From a virus (Duplodnaviria; Caudoviricetes), in the IMG/VR virus record IMGVR_UViG_2974666281_000001, positions 64,001 to 128,000 of that record: 64,000 nucleotides of DNA. One strand, 5' to 3'. A program made the position numbers and the translations under genes. The notes beneath the pieces are model-generated. The model saw nothing but the letters and a program-made list of their open reading frames with translations, was not told the DNA's origin and searched no databases. Of this stretch, positions 13,878 to 25,371 are shown in pieces. Within the stretch, counting starts at the first letter, position 1. The number at the start of each line of letters is the position of its first letter.

Positions 13878-13966
13878 GAGTCCTCCAGGGCCTTACGACC
13901 CTGTTTGCTAAAATTGAAAGTCTGGTATAATGGTTTCAGGTCCTTTAGTTCAGGGTAATGATTAAG

Positions 13967-14797
13967 TTAAGAACTATAGACTTTGGTAGCAGAATAACGC
14001 TTACCTTTAGACATAAATTGTTGCAGAGGTAACATAACCACATTAGCCCAATCAGATGGCTTAATCTCTACAATCTTTCCTTTTATATTGCCTGGAATAT
14101 AGGCTTTAATCATCTTGTCCGCGCCAGCGAATCCTTTTACCTTAGACCAATCAATTTTTAACCTGGTTTTGTTAGTTATAGTCGGAGTGTTAGCGTATTG
14201 CTTAAGTAATTCTTCTAAAAATTGCTGTCTTGCTTTAGGTGGAATATAGTGCAAGTTTAAGCCATACATTAAATGACTTGTGTTACCAGAACCTCGTCCT
14301 AGATAAATGATTAACGGATACTTATCCCAGAAAGGAAGAGTGTCTTTATGTTTGGCATCATAGATGTAAGCATATAACTTACCAGGGGTAGGTTTGGTTA
14401 CTTGATGACCACGTACATTTTTCTTAATTGTTTCAGCGAACCATCGTGCTGATTTATTATTGACTGCTGCCCCTTCATTCCTAAGTTTTTCTCGAATTGA
14501 AGTTCGGAAACTGTTAATCAGTATCAATTGACGTTCTTGTTTGGTTAATTTAGATGCAGATTTCTTTTCTAAATCAGAAACCTGCAATGCAACTTTTATT
14601 CGCGAAGCGTATCGAGACATCGATTTGGTGAATGTAGCATAATTGATACCACGTTCATCAGCAAACTGTTTAGCTGTTTTGCCTTTACGTTTTTCTTTAT
14701 GATATTCTACACCTATCTTAACCCATTGCTGCTCTGATTTAGTAGCAGGTCTCATAGGTTTGGCTACAGATTCATTTACTAATTGAAATATGCCCAT
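13967..14797 (-). CDS. 2: DNA end protector gp2
   Basis: [38 protein letters not shown]; start MGIFQ at 14797. Confidence 0.95.
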   Translation of the reverse strand: MGIFQLVNESVAKPMRPATKSEQQWVKIGVEYHKEKRKGKTAKQFADERGINYATFTKSMSRYASRIKVALQVSDLEKKSASKLTKQERQLILINSFRTSIREKLRNEGAAVNNKSARWFAETIKKNVRGHQVTKPTPGKLYAYIYDAKHKDTLPFWDKYPLIIYLGRGSGNTSHLMYGLNLHYIPPKARQQFLEELLKQYANTPTITNKTRLKIDWSKVKGFAGADKMIKAYIPGNIKGKIVEIKPSDWANVVMLPLQQFMSKGKRYSATKVYSS

Positions 14798-15246
14798 TAT
14801 CCTCTCCAACCTAATTTCTTCAATCCATCTTCAGTTAGAACTCTGAAAATGATACCCATTTTATTTGCTGTGGCTTGTGCAGCTTTCCATTTATCCTGAT
14901 TCACACTCCAGGTGTAAACTTCATTAATGTACCGTTTTTTAGCTGCAGTAGTAAGCTTACTCGGTTTAGGTGGAGCCATAGTTTCTTTTTTAGGCTTAAC
15001 CTCGATAAAGAACTGTTTACCGTCTTGTGTTTTAAACCAAAAATCCATAAAGTACCGACGCTTTTTACCTTCGGCATTGCAAAAATACGGGATGACAACT
15101 TCTTCACTGTTCCATTGAACTACTTCATTATTGTTATCTAACCATTTCATAAAAAAGTGTTCCCAAGAAGATCGATAAGTGATTTTGCGAGGGTCACCTT
15201 TGTATTTTTCTAATTTATTTGGCATGAAGCGACCACTATACGCCAT
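14797..15246 (-). CDS. 4: Head completion nuclease gp4
   Basis: [22 protein letters not shown]. Confidence 0.95.
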   Translation of the reverse strand: MAYSGRFMPNKLEKYKGDPRKITYRSSWEHFFMKWLDNNNEVVQWNSEEVVIPYFCNAEGKKRRYFMDFWFKTQDGKQFFIEVKPKKETMAPPKPSKLTTAAKKRYINEVYTWSVNQDKWKAAQATANKMGIIFRVLTEDGLKKLGWRG

Positions 15247-15256
15247 ATGTCCTCCT

Positions 15257-15281
15257 TATAAATATTCATATACTATTTATA
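15257..15281. promoter_or_regulatory. Pair of opposed late promoters for genes 53 (+) and 4 (-)
   Basis: TATAAATA at 15257-15264 (+) and TATTTATA at 15274-15281. Confidence 0.85.
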
Positions 15282-15293
15282 AATGGAGGCCTT

Positions 15294-15869
15294 ATGCTCT
15301 TTTCATTTTACGAGCCGGTCAAATACCAGGCAAAAACGATTGATAAGAATGCATCGTCAGTCCAATTGACAGACATTTTCAAAAATTACAAAGAATACTT
15401 TGATAGAGTTGCAGCTAAATACAAGCTCAAAACATATTATATCAGTGGGGCCCCAAGACCTGAAGAATTAGCATATATTTTATACGACAATACACAGCTT
15501 TATTGGATTCTTCTGATGTGTAATAATAATTATGACCCTTTCCATGGTTGGATTAAATCACAAGAAGCTTCATACCAATCAGCAATCCAAAGATATAAGG
15601 ATGTTGGTGGTGAACAAGTTTTATACCATATAGACAAAGACGGTGAAATCTGGTATAATTTAGTTGAGGACCCTAATAATCCTGGAAGTTGGTACGATAA
15701 AGGCGACAAGCTTATGAAGCATAAACAATATGAAGGGGCTTTAGCGGCAGTAGATACTTATGAAGATGCTATTCGTAAGAATGAAGTTGCTCGTGAGATT
15801 AAAATCATTGACCCAAGAGATATTGAGTCTTTTCTTTCAGCATTAATTAGAGAAATGGAAAAAGCATAA
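15294..15869 (+). CDS. 53: Baseplate wedge subunit gp53
   Basis: LysM-like GAPRPEELAYILY...YWILLM; synteny. Confidence 0.93.
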   Translation: MLFSFYEPVKYQAKTIDKNASSVQLTDIFKNYKEYFDRVAAKYKLKTYYISGAPRPEELAYILYDNTQLYWILLMCNNNYDPFHGWIKSQEASYQSAIQRYKDVGGEQVLYHIDKDGEIWYNLVEDPNNPGSWYDKGDKLMKHKQYEGALAAVDTYEDAIRKNEVAREIKIIDPRDIESFLSALIREMEKA

Positions 15870-17596
15870 TGATAAACATGAACACTAATGTCGATTGGTT
15901 TGTTGGCGTAGTAGAAGACAGAATGGACCCACTTGAACAAGGTCGTGTTAGAGTTCGAGTTTACGGACTCCACCCATACCAAAAAACTCAAGGAAGTGTA
16001 TCTGGTATTCCTACTAATGAATTGCCGTGGATGTCTATATTACAACCAACTTCATCAGCAGCCGTTTCAGGTGTAAGCCAAGCCGTAACTGGAATGGTAG
16101 AAGGAACTCATGTATATGGACACTGGCTTGATTCTTATCGTTTGAATGGTCTTGTTATAGGGACTTATTCAGCTAATACTAAAGTTCGTCCTAACCCTAA
16201 TGAAGGTTTTTGTGACCCAACAGGTCAATATCCTCGTTATCTTGGAAATGATACAAACCCATTAAACCGTGGCGGAGAATCAGGTTCTGATTCAACAGCA
16301 AACGTTATTCAGGATTCTAATTTAGATACAGGTATTAATCCTGATGATACTGATTTATCTGATATCCCAGAAGATGATAATCCAAATTACACTATTGAAG
16401 CAATGCTTCGACGTGATGAAGGGCTTCGATTAAAAGTTTATTGGGATTCTGAAGGCTTCCCTACAATAGGTATAGGGCATTTGATTATTGCGTCTAAAAC
16501 GCGTAATATGGATGAAATCAATAAAGCATTGAGTAATCAAATCAAGCGTGAAGTCCGTGGTAATCCTGGTTCTATTACAATGGATGAAGCTGCTGCATTA
16601 TTCCAACAAGATTTGAAGAAAATGCAGGAAGACATTAAGAAAAATAGTACAGTTGGACCAGTTTACAATAAGATGAATACATCTCGTAAAATGGCTCTTG
16701 AAAATATGAGCTTCCAAATGGGTGTAGGAGGCGTAGCTAAATTCGGTAAGATGCTGTCAGCTATGTTTATTGGTGATTGGCAGACTGCATATAAAGAAGC
16801 AAGGGATTCTACTTGGTTTAATCAAACTAAAGGTAGGGCATCAAGAGTTTCAATGATTATTCTTACCGGTAATATGGAATCTTACGGTATTCCTGTTTCT
16901 ACATCTAAGCCTAAATCATTGTCTGCGGCTGCCACCCAAAGAGCTGGAACAGACCCTAGTGACCCTTGGACCCCAGAAGATTCTCGCATTTTATTTAAAG
17001 AACCTACAAGTTCATATAAAGGACAATATCCTTATGTCCAAAGTATGGAAACTGAAGGTGGACATATCCAAGAATTTGATAATACCCCAGGACAAGAAAG
17101 ATATCGTTTAAGTCATCCTACAGGAAGTTATGAAGAAGTAGCCCCTGATGGCAGAAGAACAATTAAAACTGTTTCTGATGGCTATTTCATTACAAATGGT
17201 GATGGGAATACTCTTGTTTCTGGCGACAATAAGGTTAACGTTGGCGGAGATGAAGTTTATTATAATATGGCCAATAGACGTCAACAAATTGACGGAAACC
17301 AAGAAATCTTTATTAGAGGAAATGATACTTGTACAGTCGAAGGTGATGGAACCCTTTTAGTTAAGGGTAACGTTAAAATTGTTGTTGAAGGAAATGCTGA
17401 AATAGAAGTTCAAGGTGATGCAACCACTCATGTAGTAGGAAACCAAGACCTCACAGTTGATGGAAACCTTTCATGGAAAGTTGCTGGTACTGTGAATATG
17501 GAAGTTGGCGGTGATTGGACCCAAACAATGGCTTCTATGTCTTCTAAAGCATCAGGTCAATATACAATCGATGGTTCACGTATCGATATCGGCTAA
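15869..17596 (+). CDS. 5: Baseplate hub / tail lysozyme / needle gp5
   Basis: OB fold GVVEDRMDPL; lysozyme MLRRDEG; VxGxxxxx beta-helix; ends IDGSRIDIG. Confidence 0.97.
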   Translation: MINMNTNVDWFVGVVEDRMDPLEQGRVRVRVYGLHPYQKTQGSVSGIPTNELPWMSILQPTSSAAVSGVSQAVTGMVEGTHVYGHWLDSYRLNGLVIGTYSANTKVRPNPNEGFCDPTGQYPRYLGNDTNPLNRGGESGSDSTANVIQDSNLDTGINPDDTDLSDIPEDDNPNYTIEAMLRRDEGLRLKVYWDSEGFPTIGIGHLIIASKTRNMDEINKALSNQIKREVRGNPGSITMDEAAALFQQDLKKMQEDIKKNSTVGPVYNKMNTSRKMALENMSFQMGVGGVAKFGKMLSAMFIGDWQTAYKEARDSTWFNQTKGRASRVSMIILTGNMESYGIPVSTSKPKSLSAAATQRAGTDPSDPWTPEDSRILFKEPTSSYKGQYPYVQSMETEGGHIQEFDNTPGQERYRLSHPTGSYEEVAPDGRRTIKTVSDGYFITNGDGNTLVSGDNKVNVGGDEVYYNMANRRQQIDGNQEIFIRGNDTCTVEGDGTLLVKGNVKIVVEGNAEIEVQGDATTHVVGNQDLTVDGNLSWKVAGTVNMEVGGDWTQTMASMSSKASGQYTIDGSRIDIG

Positions 17597-18102
17597 TGGC
17601 TCAAATACTCCCAACAAATACTACCCTTGAAGAAGATATCGAGGGTAGTACAATAGACGTGACATTTTCTGCACAGTTTGAGACCGGAGAAACTTTAGTC
17701 TCAATAAATATAGTAGACTATCAACCTACTCTAGGAATAATTGTAGATGGAGCCAGAGTTCATGGAACATATCAAAGTGTATTTTCTTTCTCTGGTGATG
17801 CCTTAAAATATCGCGAAGGAGATGAAATAAAATCTGCTTCTGCTTGGGAACAACTTCCTAACCCTAATCAAGCCGATTTATTTCTTTGGAAAGCCCCCTC
17901 TTCACTCGAGAGGACTTTTACTTATACGGTTGAGTTAATCTATATGTATCAGGCTCCTAGTGAACCAGGCGGAGCAGAGGGTGGAACTACCACGCCTCCT
18001 GCAGTTGAAAAGAGACTAACAAAGGTTTATTCAAAGCGTATTGTTGGTAATTGGTCTAAATGGGCTGAACAACTTAGGGCTTATGTCAAGGCAGGTAATT
18101 AA
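17596..18102 (+). CDS. 5.1: gp5.1
   Basis: MAQILP...IVGNWSKWA; synteny. Confidence 0.85.
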   Translation: MAQILPTNTTLEEDIEGSTIDVTFSAQFETGETLVSINIVDYQPTLGIIVDGARVHGTYQSVFSFSGDALKYREGDEIKSASAWEQLPNPNQADLFLWKAPSSLERTFTYTVELIYMYQAPSEPGGAEGGTTTPPAVEKRLTKVYSKRIVGNWSKWAEQLRAYVKAGN

Positions 18103-18395
18103 TGGCTGGATTAAGTTTTGATAAATGTGTGACTGCTGGGCATAGTGCTTATCCTCCTACAGCAGTTAATGCATCGCAAAGTAAAGTATTTACAGGCGGT
18201 ATTCCCGTCTTAGTAGATGGTGACCAAATTACACCTCATACTAAAACAGTTAAGCCATATGACACACATGGTGGTTCTGTTCAACCAAGTACGTCTAAAG
18301 TGTATGTGACAGGGAAAAAGGCAGTTCAAATGGCTGACCCTATTTCTTGTGGTGACACTGTAGCTCAATCATCAAGTAAGGTTTTTATAAAATAA
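18102..18395 (+). CDS. 5.4: PAAR spike tip protein gp5.4
   Basis: [25 protein letters not shown]. Confidence 0.93.
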   Translation: MAGLSFDKCVTAGHSAYPPTAVNASQSKVFTGGIPVLVDGDQITPHTKTVKPYDTHGGSVQPSTSKVYVTGKKAVQMADPISCGDTVAQSSSKVFIK

Positions 18396-20347
18396 TGGCT
18401 AATCAACCAGTAAACTACCAACTGACACGTACAGTGAACGCTATCCCAGAAGCATTTGTGGGTGCAACGTTCGATGAAATTAAAAAGAATTTAACAGACT
18501 GGCTACGTGGTCAGAAAGAATTCCAGGACTATGATTTCCAAGGAGCCAGAATTAACGTTCTTTTAGACCTTCTGGCTTATAACACTCTTTACATGCAGCA
18601 ATTTGCTAACACTGCGATTTATGAAAGTTTTATCGGAACTGCAAACCAACGGTCTTCAGTAGTTCAAGCTGCTCAGGATAATGGATATCTTCCTAGTTCT
18701 CGTTCGTCAGCTCAAACTAGCTTGTTACTGACTTGTTCGCATGCAACTAATCCATCAAATATTAAAATCCCTCGAGGGACTAGATTCTTAGCTTATGCAC
18801 GTGATACGTCGGCTGATCCATATTCATTTGTTGTTTTAGAAGATGTTATCGCAATCAAAGATTCAAAAAATCAATATAAGCCTATTGTTAAATTGGCTCA
18901 GGGTAGATTAATTCGTACTGAATTGCTTTATGACCCAACTCAGCCTATTTTAATTCGAGATGCTAATATTGATCGTAAACAGGTTAAGTTGTCTGTTAAC
19001 GGCGCTGAATGGACCGATTGGACTAATAAATCAATGGTTCACGCTGGTTCTACTTCTACAATTTTTTATATGCGAGAAACCGTGGATGGACACACCGAAT
19101 TCTTCTTTGGTGAAGGTGTTCAATCTAAAGCTGTTGCCGGTGGTGTTTTAGAAGCCAATTATGTTGGAGGTTTAAAACCAACTACTAACTCAAGCATTGT
19201 TATTGAATATCTTCGTACTGACGGCGCTAAAGCTAATGGTGCAACCGAATTCAGTTATGCCGATACATTGCAATACGTCACAGTTGATAAAATTACTGAA
19301 AACTACGATGAGAATCCTGATTACGTCGGAGCCGATGGCGGTGGTGACCCTGAAGATATCGAACGTATTCGAGAATTAGCAGTAGTTAAGCGTGAAGCGC
19401 AGATGCGATGTGTAACTGCAAGTGACTATGATACCTTCGTTTCAGAACGTTTTGGTTCTATTGTTCAGGCGGTTCAAACATTTACAGATATTGAAAAACC
19501 AGGTTATGCATTTATTGCAATTAAACCTAAGTCCGGACTATATCTTACGGCTGTTCAGCGTGAAGACATTCAGAACTATTTGAATGATTACAACCTTGCT
19601 CCTATTACTCCTTCTGTAATTTCACCAAATTATTTGTTCTTGAAACATAATATCAAAGTGTCGTATGCTTTGAATAAACTCCAAGAATCTGAACAGTGGT
19701 TGAGAAGTCAAGTTATTAATCAAATAGACAGATATTACACCGAAGAAGTAGAAATCTTTAATCATGGGTTTGCAAAATCTAAAATGCTTACTTATGTTGA
19801 TGATTCAGACCATAGTATCTTAGGTTCTACAGCGTCAATTAGCATGGTTCGTGAAGTTATGAACTTTGCAGCCACGCCAGATGCAGGTATTAAATACTAT
19901 AATCAATATAAACCTAGAACTGTGGTTTCTAGTCAATTCGAATTTGTTCCTACTACCGGCGATTCATATATGGTTCGCATTGCTTCTACTGATAAAGATG
20001 AACGCGGTGCAGGTCTAATGATTATTGGACCGTTTAAAGATGGTGATGTTAAAGAAAATGCTAATATCAAACCATATGTTGGAACCGATTTTGACAAAAT
20101 GCCTGGCGCACTTCCTGCTCAGACAAAATATTATGTCATTGGCGAATTGAACTATTTCTCTGACTATATCTATTGGAACATCGGTAAAATCGATTTGACT
20201 TCTGCTCAATTTGAAGTCCAGACGATTGATTTAGCTGCTGACCCTACAGAAGATAATATCTTTACAAAAGATGGTTCACTTATCGTATTTGAAGATGATC
20301 TTCGTCCTCAATACACATCTATCACTATGGAGCCAATTGCTCAATGA
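18395..20347 (+). CDS. 6: Baseplate wedge gp6
   Basis: LLDLLAYNTLY; GGGDPEDIERIRE. Confidence 0.96.
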   Translation: MANQPVNYQLTRTVNAIPEAFVGATFDEIKKNLTDWLRGQKEFQDYDFQGARINVLLDLLAYNTLYMQQFANTAIYESFIGTANQRSSVVQAAQDNGYLPSSRSSAQTSLLLTCSHATNPSNIKIPRGTRFLAYARDTSADPYSFVVLEDVIAIKDSKNQYKPIVKLAQGRLIRTELLYDPTQPILIRDANIDRKQVKLSVNGAEWTDWTNKSMVHAGSTSTIFYMRETVDGHTEFFFGEGVQSKAVAGGVLEANYVGGLKPTTNSSIVIEYLRTDGAKANGATEFSYADTLQYVTVDKITENYDENPDYVGADGGGDPEDIERIRELAVVKREAQMRCVTASDYDTFVSERFGSIVQAVQTFTDIEKPGYAFIAIKPKSGLYLTAVQREDIQNYLNDYNLAPITPSVISPNYLFLKHNIKVSYALNKLQESEQWLRSQVINQIDRYYTEEVEIFNHGFAKSKMLTYVDDSDHSILGSTASISMVREVMNFAATPDAGIKYYNQYKPRTVVSSQFEFVPTTGDSYMVRIASTDKDERGAGLMIIGPFKDGDVKENANIKPYVGTDFDKMPGALPAQTKYYVIGELNYFSDYIYWNIGKIDLTSAQFEVQTIDLAADPTEDNIFTKDGSLIVFEDDLRPQYTSITMEPIAQ

Positions 20348-23300
20348 CTGTAAAAGCACCTATCGTTACCAGTTTACGAATTGATAAACTGTCTGCGAAC
20401 CAGGTTCACATTCGTTGGGATGACGTTGGTGCTAATTTCTACTATTTTGTAGAACTCGCTGAAACACATGACGTGAATGGGGTCCCTATGGACCCTTCTC
20501 GTTATCAGTGGAGAGCACTGGGTTATACCTCGGATAATGACTGGTTTGAAGATACGTATATTCGTCCTCTTTCATTCTATAAAATGCGCGTAGGCGTAGC
20601 TGCCAAAGGGTTCGAACAATCTGATTGGGTTTATACAGAAGAATTCCAATCATTCGAAAATAACGCATATACTTTTGAACATATGCGTGAATTTACTTTA
20701 GTCAATAAATTCATTAATGAAAAGTTTGTTAAAAACAATACTTACATAGACTTTAACCGTGATTCTATAGAAGCTTCGTTAATGAGCGAAGACTTCCAAT
20801 TTAGCCCTTCGTTTGAAGATCTTTCATCAGTTAAAAACTTTATTCTTAATGAAGACCAATATCACGAAATCCAAGGGCCTATAGTAAACGTTTGTAACCC
20901 TGATTTAGAACGTATTATGTTAGCCGAAATAGATGGAGTTCTTTATCTGTTTGAAAGATTCCAGCCTATGGTTAAAGTGTCTAATGATAAAGGACAGAAC
21001 TGGAAATATGTTCAACTGTTTAATGATCGTGTAGGTAATCCTGTTTCAAGAATTCCTCATTATCAATCTAAAAACACGACTTATGTTTTAGGTTATGACA
21101 GAATTTTTTATGGTCGTCGTTCTACCGACCTTCGTTGGTCTGCTGACGATGTTAAATTCAGTACTCAAGATTATACTTTCGCTAAAATTGGCGACCAGTT
21201 GAAATTAGGATTTGACGTAGAAATCTTTGGTACTTACGCCAGACTGCCAGGGGACGTCTCTCGTATCGCAGAAGCGATTACATGTAATGACGAATATGTT
21301 TATGTGGTAGCTAGAGATAAAGTCCGCTACGCGAAGCTTAAGGATGCTCCTATTGATTTAGACCCGGCTTCTCCAACCTTCGGCGAAAAATTGTTTGAAA
21401 AAGAAGTTCAGACAATCACAGGTAATCCTAAAGCTGTTTGTTTTAAAATGGATTCAGTTGGTGGACGTGTATTTGCTTTAATTACAGGCGAAGTGAAAGA
21501 AGAAAAACAAGACCCTACAGACCCTAATAATGTCATTGATTCAGAATCTAAAGGTATATACGTTTTAGAAGAAGATACTTGGCGTAGAGTGTTTGGTAAT
21601 ACTGAAGAAGAAAGACGTCGTATTGAACACACTTACACAAGTATGTCTACTGATGGAATTGAATTATTCTTTAGTTCAAGTAATTTCAAATATCTGGAAT
21701 TCGAAAAAGATACTGCTCTTTTAGACCAACATCCTACTTTAAATGATGCATTAAAATATATCCCACAAAATGAGTTCCATCATGATAAACACTATCACAT
21801 GATGAGTTTCCGTTCGGATGAATTGAGTAATTGGGAATCATTTAAACCTAGACGTATGCGGTATTATGCCGAACCTTGGTTTGCTTGGATGCGCCGTTCT
21901 GGGAACAGAAACTGGATTACAACAGAAAATAAATGCATGGTTGTTTATGCAGATAAGTTGTACACTCAAGTGGTAGACCGCTTTGGTTCTGGGTCTCCTG
22001 AACGTATTATGCATGAATTTTGGAACAAAGGTGAATGTACTGTTACTTCCCCTAATATAGAATTCTCTGGGTTCAAAAAATATGCTGGCGGTGTATTAGT
22101 ACACAAAAATACAGGTGAGCTTGTTGGATATTTTGAATTCGACTATAGAGTTCGAGATGAAGCCCGTATTATTTGGAAACCAAAAGAGATTATGCTCAAA
22201 GCATATCTCCAAAATCAGACACGTGAAGTCCCTTGGTCTCCAGAAGAGAATAACAAAGAACGCGACCCTGATTTACGGCCATTAATCACACGTATGGTTC
22301 CTGACACATATTTGCTTCAAGATTCTAATTTTGAAAAGTTTGGTGAATATTACCTCCAATTCATCTCTGATGGATATGGCACCCATTATAACAATCTGTT
22401 GAATCTTATTCGTAACAAATATCCTCGTGAAGAACATGCTTGGGAATATTTGTGGTCCGAAATCTTTAAGCGTAACATTTATCTTGATAAAGAAAAACGA
22501 GATGAAGTGACTCGATTCTTTGAAGCTCGTAAATCAGACTTCTTCAAAACAAAAGGTATCGAAGAATCTTATAAGTTCTTGTTTAAAGTTCTTTATAACG
22601 AAGATGTTGAAATAGATATCGAATCTAAAAATACTACTGAGTATGGTGTTATTGTTGAATCTGAAAACATCAGTGAAGATTTAGCTGGACGAACAGTTTA
22701 CACTCCTACAGGTCGTAGTAATGTCACTTATATAGAACGCGTTTACTCTGAAGGTAAATTGCAGTGGCGTCTGATGATTCATAACCTTTTAGGCAGATTT
22801 ATTGTAGGCCAAGAAATCAAGTCAGAAATGACAGGATTTAAAGGTATGATTGTCCAAGGTGTCAGAGGTAAAGAATTGCTCTCTAACAACATAGATTATA
22901 TTAATCGTAGTCGTTCTTACTACGTGATGAAGATTAAGTCTAACTTACCTACTTCACGTTATCGTAATGATGTTTTACGATTCGTCCACCCAGTCGGATT
23001 TGGATTTGTTGGTATAACTTTGTTGACAATGTTCATTAACGTGGGTCTTACGTTGAAGCATTCTGAAACCATTATTAATACATTAAAGACTTATCGTTGG
23101 TCTGATGGATTACCTAATGTTTGGCCTGACCGAGTTGCAGTTTTAGATTCGAATGAAAATATTGAATTCGATTCAGTGACGGGTGAAGCTAAATATGCAG
23201 ACCATCCTAATGCAGGACAGGAATTCCCATTACCTCCTGAATACAACGATGAGAATGATAATAGTATTTTCGGTGGCCAATCTCCAGATGAAAGACGTAA

Positions 23301-23430
23301 AGCATTGAGTCCTACGATGGACCAATCTGCAGTTACTTTCTCTAAATTTAGAGCCTTGGTAGATAAGCGCCTTAAAGACGATATCGGCCATCCTCGAGAC
23401 CCTAAAAACCCGACACAGGCAAAAGTATAA
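20344..23430 (+). CDS. 7: Baseplate wedge initiator gp7
   Basis: MTVKAP..TSLRI.KLSANQV; RFVHPVGFGF; 1028 aa. Confidence 0.96.
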   Translation: MTVKAPIVTSLRIDKLSANQVHIRWDDVGANFYYFVELAETHDVNGVPMDPSRYQWRALGYTSDNDWFEDTYIRPLSFYKMRVGVAAKGFEQSDWVYTEEFQSFENNAYTFEHMREFTLVNKFINEKFVKNNTYIDFNRDSIEASLMSEDFQFSPSFEDLSSVKNFILNEDQYHEIQGPIVNVCNPDLERIMLAEIDGVLYLFERFQPMVKVSNDKGQNWKYVQLFNDRVGNPVSRIPHYQSKNTTYVLGYDRIFYGRRSTDLRWSADDVKFSTQDYTFAKIGDQLKLGFDVEIFGTYARLPGDVSRIAEAITCNDEYVYVVARDKVRYAKLKDAPIDLDPASPTFGEKLFEKEVQTITGNPKAVCFKMDSVGGRVFALITGEVKEEKQDPTDPNNVIDSESKGIYVLEEDTWRRVFGNTEEERRRIEHTYTSMSTDGIELFFSSSNFKYLEFEKDTALLDQHPTLNDALKYIPQNEFHHDKHYHMMSFRSDELSNWESFKPRRMRYYAEPWFAWMRRSGNRNWITTENKCMVVYADKLYTQVVDRFGSGSPERIMHEFWNKGECTVTSPNIEFSGFKKYAGGVLVHKNTGELVGYFEFDYRVRDEARIIWKPKEIMLKAYLQNQTREVPWSPEENNKERDPDLRPLITRMVPDTYLLQDSNFEKFGEYYLQFISDGYGTHYNNLLNLIRNKYPREEHAWEYLWSEIFKRNIYLDKEKRDEVTRFFEARKSDFFKTKGIEESYKFLFKVLYNEDVEIDIESKNTTEYGVIVESENISEDLAGRTVYTPTGRSNVTYIERVYSEGKLQWRLMIHNLLGRFIVGQEIKSEMTGFKGMIVQGVRGKELLSNNIDYINRSRSYYVMKIKSNLPTSRYRNDVLRFVHPVGFGFVGITLLTMFINVGLTLKHSETIINTLKTYRWSDGLPNVWPDRVAVLDSNENIEFDSVTGEAKYADHPNAGQEFPLPPEYNDENDNSIFGGQSPDERRKALSPTMDQSAVTFSKFRALVDKRLKDDIGHPRDPKNPTQAKV

Positions 23431-24434
23431 TGTTAAACTCAAGTGTAATTTATCGTGCTATTGTGACATCTAAATTCCGTACAGAAAAGATGCACAACTT
23501 TTATCAAACCATTGGTGATGATAAAAACCAAAACACACTGTTTATTACATTTGGACGTTCCGAGCCATGGTCGGAAAACGAAACAGAGCCGGGGTTCGCC
23601 CCGCCTTATCCTAATGACAGCGTAGAAGGTGTAGTTGATATGTGGACCCATATGATGGGTTCTGTTAAAGTTATGCCTTCTATGCTTGATGCTGTTACTC
23701 CACGTAAAGATTGGGGTGATATTCGTTTTCCAAATCCTCGTAATTTCCAAATTGATGAAATAGTTGTTTCTAACACAGCCCCTTATAATAGAACCGATGT
23801 TGGTTCTGGATGGATGGTTTACCGTTGTGTAGATATCCCAGAAATTGGTACATGTTCTATTGCTTCAATAGACAATAAAGAAGAATGTATTAAATTAGGT
23901 GGGGTTTGGACCGCTACGGCTGAATCAGTTTACCCTCCTCGTGGTCGTGGTGACACAGAGGGAATGATAGATTTAGGTGATGGATATCTATGGGAATATC
24001 TTTATGAAATCCCTGCCGACGTTTCTATCAACAGATGTACTAATGAATATATTGTTGTTCCATGGCCAGACGAAGTTGAAGAAGACCCAGAACGTTGGGG
24101 ATATCAAAACAACCTATCATGGCAGCACAATGATTTCGGAATCATTTATCGAGTAAAAGCATATACTATTCGATTTAAAGCTTATTTGGATTCTGTTTAT
24201 TTCCCAGAAGCTTCTCTTCCAGGTAATAAAGGTTTCCGTCAAATTTCGTTAATCATTAACCCGTTAGAAAAGAAAGTGCATCCTAGCGACCCTAATGTCA
24301 AAGCCGTTAAAGAATACTACAATGTAGTAGATATGGAAAGACATTCAGGTGAAATGGTGTATATGGAAAACCGTCCACCGATTATTCGTTCTATGGACCA
24401 AACAGAAGAAATCAACTTAATCTTCGAATTCTAA
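23430..24434 (+). CDS. 8: Baseplate wedge gp8
   Basis: SSVIYRAIVTSKFRTEKM; ENRPPIIRSMDQTEE. Confidence 0.96.
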   Translation: MLNSSVIYRAIVTSKFRTEKMHNFYQTIGDDKNQNTLFITFGRSEPWSENETEPGFAPPYPNDSVEGVVDMWTHMMGSVKVMPSMLDAVTPRKDWGDIRFPNPRNFQIDEIVVSNTAPYNRTDVGSGWMVYRCVDIPEIGTCSIASIDNKEECIKLGGVWTATAESVYPPRGRGDTEGMIDLGDGYLWEYLYEIPADVSINRCTNEYIVVPWPDEVEEDPERWGYQNNLSWQHNDFGIIYRVKAYTIRFKAYLDSVYFPEASLPGNKGFRQISLIINPLEKKVHPSDPNVKAVKEYYNVVDMERHSGEMVYMENRPPIIRSMDQTEEINLIFEF

Positions 24435-24436
24435 TT

Positions 24437-24470
24437 AAAGGGCCGAAAGGCCCTTTCGGGGGTATAAATA
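24437..24470 (+). promoter_or_regulatory. Terminator hairpin followed by late promoter of gene 9
   Basis: AAAGGGCC-GAAA-GGCCCTTT then TATAAATA at 24463-24470. Confidence 0.85.
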
Positions 24471-24498
24471 TAACTATAAACTAATATGAGGCTAAATT

Positions 24499-25371
24499 AT
24501 GCTCGTTCAAAACACAAAGACCGTAATCGATACTGGTGAAATTGGTAACGCCTCAACCGGCGATATCATTTTCGACGGTGGTAACAAAATCAACTCTAAC
24601 TTTAATTCCATTTATAATGCTTTCGGAGACCAACGCCTTTTTAGTACTAATGAAGGTGAAGAAAGACAGACTATTCATGCTACTGGATATTACCAAAAAG
24701 TAACAGAACAAAGTCAATTTGGTGCTGAAGTTCCTATGGGTTCTTTAGTTGACGTTGATTCAAATTCAGGCCCTATGCTAGCCCGTTTACCAAGAGGTAA
24801 AATGGGTGAAGGTATGGTATTCATTAACTCTAATGGGTCGTTTAACCAAACAAATCCATTAATCATTCAGCCAACTGGTTCATTTGTTAACGTCGGCGGT
24901 GATGGTACTCTGAGAGTCACAGACCCATATACTAGAGTTTTGGTTTGGTGTATTAGTGATACTGATGGGATTTATCGTTGGGACCATTCAATTGAAAATC
25001 TTTTTGGTCATAAAGTTACTCCAATTGATAAAACATACTCATTAAATAGTACAGTACAAGAAATTCGTATTGCTTTTCGTGATGAATTTAATACAGTTAA
25101 ACTTCTTTTAACAGCTGCAAGTACAGATGATTCTAAAGTCAAAGTTTCAGAAACAATGATTTCTGCTGATTGGAAAAATAAAAAAGTCTATAGCACAGAA
25201 TATGCTGTCATCCGTCGTGGAAATGTTAGTGAAGAAGATGAAATTTATGACATTGAGTTTAAATACGACTCTGAAGATTATCTGATTGCTGCGGTTAAAT
25301 CAGACACTAGCAACTTGCGGTTTGCAATCAAAGCAATCGCAACTCAAAAGTTTGGGGTAGGCTCTAGATGA
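24499..25371 (+). CDS. 9: Baseplate tail fiber connector gp9
   Basis: IDTGEIGNASTGDIIFDGGNKIN; IHATGYYQ. Confidence 0.95.
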   Translation: MLVQNTKTVIDTGEIGNASTGDIIFDGGNKINSNFNSIYNAFGDQRLFSTNEGEERQTIHATGYYQKVTEQSQFGAEVPMGSLVDVDSNSGPMLARLPRGKMGEGMVFINSNGSFNQTNPLIIQPTGSFVNVGGDGTLRVTDPYTRVLVWCISDTDGIYRWDHSIENLFGHKVTPIDKTYSLNSTVQEIRIAFRDEFNTVKLLLTAASTDDSKVKVSETMISADWKNKKVYSTEYAVIRRGNVSEEDEIYDIEFKYDSEDYLIAAVKSDTSNLRFAIKAIATQKFGVGSR

